Assembly (NCBI RefSeq): GCF_002075285.3
Contig: NZ_CP021983.2
Location: 5,520,001-5,552,000, forward strand
DNA: 32,000 nt
Reading direction: 5' to 3'
Source of the DNA: Halomicronema hongdechloris C2206
Lineage (GTDB): Bacteria; Cyanobacteriota; Cyanobacteriia; Phormidesmidales; Phormidesmidaceae
Shown piece after piece: positions 29,380-32,000 of the stretch. The notes under the pieces were generated by a model. That model did no database searches and was not told the DNA's origin. It saw only the letters and a program-made list of their open reading frames with translations. Position 1 is the stretch's first letter, and each line of letters begins with the position of its first letter. Both the position numbers and the translations under genes were made by a program.

Positions 29380-29760
29380 GTGGCACGGATAGCAGGCGTT
29401 GACCTTCCAAGGGACAAGCGCATCGAAATCGGGTTGACCTATATCTACGGCATTGGGTTGTCCAGGGCCAAAGAGATCATCAGCAAAACGGGGGTTAATC
29501 CTGATACCCGCGTGCGAGACCTCACCGACGCAGACGTCGCCAAATTGAGAGAGGTCGTCGAAGGCGACTACCAAATTGAAGGAGACCTCAGGCGATGGGA
29601 AACCATGAATATCAAACGCCTGATGGACATTGGCACCTACCGAGGGCGGCGTCATCGGGCTGGACTGCCAGTGAGAGGACAACGCACTCGCACCAATGGA
29701 CGTACCCGCCGGGGTGGTCGGCGCACGGTTGCTGGTAAGAAGAAGGCTCCTAAGAAATAA
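29380..29760 (+). CDS. rpsM: 30S ribosomal protein S13
   Basis: 126 aa, GTG start with GGGAG upstream. [25 protein letters not shown]. Confidence 0.96.
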   Translation: MARIAGVDLPRDKRIEIGLTYIYGIGLSRAKEIISKTGVNPDTRVRDLTDADVAKLREVVEGDYQIEGDLRRWETMNIKRLMDIGTYRGRRHRAGLPVRGQRTRTNGRTRRGGRRTVAGKKKAPKK

Positions 29761-30007
29761 TCCCATTTTGGTCAGGGTGTCGACCTGAAGACGGTGCCTG
29801 AGATTCGACCTAGTTGTGGACAGGAGCAACAAGGAAGTTTCTACCAAGAGGCCAGCTGTTAGCTAGCTATTATGTCAAGGGGATCGACAGATTCACCTGC
29901 ACCTTATAGCCTCCCCAAGGCCACCGTTTCTTTAAGGCAATTCTTTGAAACCAGTCCGTTATTGTAATAGCTCTTCCAAATCCTAGTTCTATTTCTCTAG
30001 AAAGGCT

Positions 30008-30400
30008 ATGCCAAAACCAACCAAAAAATCAGGACCCCGTAGACAGAAAAAGAACGTCCCAAGTGGTGTTGCTCACATTCAGTCCACTTTCAATAACACC
30101 ATTGTCACTATCACAGATACCAGTGGAGAAACCATTTCTTGGGCTTCAGCCGGTTCCAGTGGCTTTAAGGGAGCCAAGAAGGGAACCCCTTTTGCAGCTC
30201 AGACCGCGGCTGATGGAGCAGCCCGTCGAGCAATGGATCAGGGCATGCGCCAGATAGAAGTCATGGTGAGTGGTCCTGGCTCTGGTCGCGAAACGGCAAT
30301 TCGCGCTCTACAGGGAGCAGGATTGGAGATCACATTGATTCGGGATGTCACTCCTATTCCTCACAATGGCTGTCGACCGCCCAAGCGCCGTCGGGTATAG
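30008..30400 (+). CDS. rpsK: 30S ribosomal protein S11
   Basis: 130 aa. [46 protein letters not shown]. Confidence 0.96.
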   Translation: MPKPTKKSGPRRQKKNVPSGVAHIQSTFNNTIVTITDTSGETISWASAGSSGFKGAKKGTPFAAQTAADGAARRAMDQGMRQIEVMVSGPGSGRETAIRALQGAGLEITLIRDVTPIPHNGCRPPKRRRV

Positions 30401-30438
30401 GCCCATTATTATGCAGTCAGGAAAAGGGAGGTCAGGCC

Positions 30439-31386
30439 ATGGCACAATTTCACGTTGAATGCGTAGAATCTTTAGTTGAAGACGATCAGAGTCAGTATAG
30501 TCGATTCTTGATCGAGCCCCTAGAAAGAAGCCAGGGTAATACAATTGGCAACGCTCTACGGCGAGTTCTCCTATCTAATCTAGAGGGGATTGCTATTACA
30601 GCCGTCCGTATTGCTGGAGCAACCCACGAATTTTCCACGATTCCTGGCATCCGAGAAGATGTCTTAGATATCCTTCTCAATATGAAGGAAATCGTTCTTA
30701 GGAGTCACACCAATCAATCTCAGATTGGGCGACTCTTGGTACAAGGGCCAGCTAAAGTGACAGCCGGTCATTTCGACTTACCTTCTGAAGTAGAGGTTGT
30801 CAATCCAGATCAACCGGTGGCGACCCTGGCAGAGGGGCATACCCTAGAGATGGAATTCCGAATTGAGCAGGGTCGAGGATATCGGGCCGTTGAACACAAT
30901 CGGGATGACGCTGCTGCATTAGATTTTATGCAGATTGACGCCGTTTTCATGCCCGTTCGCAAAGTCAACTATTCAGTTGAAGATGTAATGATAGCTGGCT
31001 CCCTGCAAAAGGATCGGCTGATCATGGAGATTTGGACCAATGGGAGCATGACCCCGCAAGAGGCCATGAGCCAGGCGGCGGCTGTCCTCGTCGATCTCTT
31101 CAATCCGCTTAAAGACGTCACCTCGGAGCCAAAGCAGGGAGATGAAACCGAGGAAGAAGATCCTGTCAATCAGATTCCCATCGAGGAATTGCATCTGTCT
31201 GTACGAGCTTATAACTGTCTAAAGCGGGCTCAGATCAACTCTGTGTCTGATCTATTGGACTACAGCCAAGAAGATCTTCTAGAGATTAAGAACTTCGGTC
31301 AGAAGTCAGCTGAAGAGGTGATCGAGGCTCTGCAAGATCGCCTTGGCATTACCCTACCCATGGAAAAACCAGCCAAGTCTTCTTGA
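30439..31386 (+). CDS. rpoA: DNA-directed RNA polymerase subunit alpha
   Basis: 315 aa. [18 protein letters not shown] in the N-terminal domain. The C-terminal domain has [24 protein letters not shown]. Confidence 0.96.
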   Translation: MAQFHVECVESLVEDDQSQYSRFLIEPLERSQGNTIGNALRRVLLSNLEGIAITAVRIAGATHEFSTIPGIREDVLDILLNMKEIVLRSHTNQSQIGRLLVQGPAKVTAGHFDLPSEVEVVNPDQPVATLAEGHTLEMEFRIEQGRGYRAVEHNRDDAAALDFMQIDAVFMPVRKVNYSVEDVMIAGSLQKDRLIMEIWTNGSMTPQEAMSQAAAVLVDLFNPLKDVTSEPKQGDETEEEDPVNQIPIEELHLSVRAYNCLKRAQINSVSDLLDYSQEDLLEIKNFGQKSAEEVIEALQDRLGITLPMEKPAKSS

Positions 31387-31422
31387 TAGAAGTCCTCTCG
31401 GGGCCATTGTCCCAGAGCGAGT

Positions 31423-31448
31423 CCGAAGCCCAGGAGCTTCGGTTTTTT
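31423..31448 (+). terminator. Intrinsic-terminator-like hairpin between rpoA and rplQ: CCGAAGC-ccagga-GCTTCGG followed by T6
   Basis: Read directly. The 7-bp GC-rich stem pairs 31423-31429 with 31436-31442, with a 6-nt loop, followed by TTTTTT at 31443-31448. It lies 37 nt after the rpoA stop and 37 nt before the rplQ ATG. Confidence 0.5.
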
Positions 31449-31484
31449 CCTGTCCAATTGTGGTCTATACCTGAGCTACCTGTT

Positions 31485-31835
31485 ATGCGTCACTGTCGTC
31501 GTGTCCCAAAACTTGGCAAGCCTGCCGACCAACGCAAGGCCTTGTTAAGGTCCTTAACTACCGAACTCCTGCGTCATGGCAGTATTACCACGACTAAGGC
31601 CAGAGCTAAAGCCGTTCGAGCAGAAGCCGAGCGAATCATCACTCTTGCCAAAGAGGGATCCCTAGCTGCTCGTCGTCAAGCCTTAGGGTATCTCTACGAC
31701 AAGCAGTTAGTACATGCCTTGTTCGAACAGGTTGGCACCCGCTATGGCGATCGCAACGGTGGCTACACTCGCATTCTCCGCACGATTAAACGTCGTGGTG
31801 ATAATGCTGAGATGGCCATCATCGAACTAACCTAA
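31485..31835 (+). CDS. rplQ: 50S ribosomal protein L17
   Basis: [45 protein letters not shown]. The ORF-track start at 31383 would add 34 non-homologous residues that span the terminator-like hairpin. Confidence 0.95.
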   Translation: MRHCRRVPKLGKPADQRKALLRSLTTELLRHGSITTTKARAKAVRAEAERIITLAKEGSLAARRQALGYLYDKQLVHALFEQVGTRYGDRNGGYTRILRTIKRRGDNAEMAIIELT

Positions 31836-31864
31836 CCACCTCGCTACTCCTCCTATCCATAGCC

Positions 31865-32000
31865 ATGGCATCGCTAGCAGAGCAACTTAAAGCCGACACG
31901 GTGGGATGGACTAAGCCCCAACGGGTTGCTTTGGTCATCCAATATATCGGCACGCGCTTCCATGGTTGGCAACGACAGCCCCAGCAACGGACTGTTCAAG
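31865..32000 (+). CDS. truA: tRNA pseudouridine(38-40) synthase TruA (N-terminal 45 codons; runs off the right edge)
   Basis: My translation is MASLAEQLKADTVGWTKPQRVALVIQYIGTRFHGWQRQPQQRTVQ. The TruA N-terminal signature is (RVAL.IQY.GT.FHGWQRQ). It occupies the canonical position after rplQ. Confidence 0.85.
   Translation, partial: MASLAEQLKADTVGWTKPQRVALVIQYIGTRFHGWQRQPQQRTVQ

Noticed and set aside
31383-31484. An N-terminal extension of rplQ (ORF-track start at 31383), which would overlap the rpoA stop.
   Set aside because: The 34 extra residues have no L17 homology and span a terminator-like hairpin. The L17 consensus begins at MRH (ATG 31485).
1-32000. A search for CRISPR arrays, IS elements and transposases, integrases, phage genes, toxin-antitoxin pairs and long direct or inverted repeats.
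   Set aside because: I could see no regularly spaced repeats, terminal inverted repeats, transposase- or integrase-like ORFs, or paired small ORFs. HIP1 copies are spread throughout, and I saw no other sign of a foreign segment.

Overview
This window reads as core chromosome of a cyanobacterium. The evidence is at least 15 perfect copies of the HIP1 octamer GCGATCGC, the genes ndhN, psb27, ldpA and clpR, and a canonical NtcA promoter.

Layout, left to right:
(1) A urea-utilisation block on the minus strand: ureE-ureF-ureG, then an NtcA-type promoter, then urtA-urtB-urtC. urtC runs off the left edge.
(2) A mixed stretch at 5.7-12.5 kb. It holds a 567-bp ORF-free spacer and a PAS/LuxR regulator whose 3' end looks frameshifted. 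It also holds a co-directional clpR-clpP-J-domain/TPR array with a perfect 11-bp hairpin, a stand-alone vWA protein, and an overlapping dipeptide-epimerase/DUF1611 pair.
(3) The S10/spc ribosomal cluster rplC...rplO-secY-adk-infA on the minus strand (24.05 to 12.5 kb).
(4) ndhN-ldpA-R3H/AAA ATPase-psb27 on the plus strand.
(5) The alpha part of the ribosomal cluster, rpmJ-rpsM-rpsK-rpoA-rplQ-truA, on the plus strand, facing away from the S10/spc part.

I found no tRNA or rRNA genes, CRISPR arrays, transposases, integrases, phage genes or recognisable defence systems. I see no convincing evidence for a wholly new multi-gene system here.

The observations most worth follow-up are:
- the apparent ~16.6-kb inversion that splits the ribosomal supercluster between infA and rpmJ;
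- the translationally coupled epimerase/DUF1611 pair;
- the clpR-clpP-J/TPR array with its hairpin;
- the LuxR frameshift;
- several long untranslated regions with candidate RNA structure.

All family assignments come from motif recognition by eye. No database search was run.
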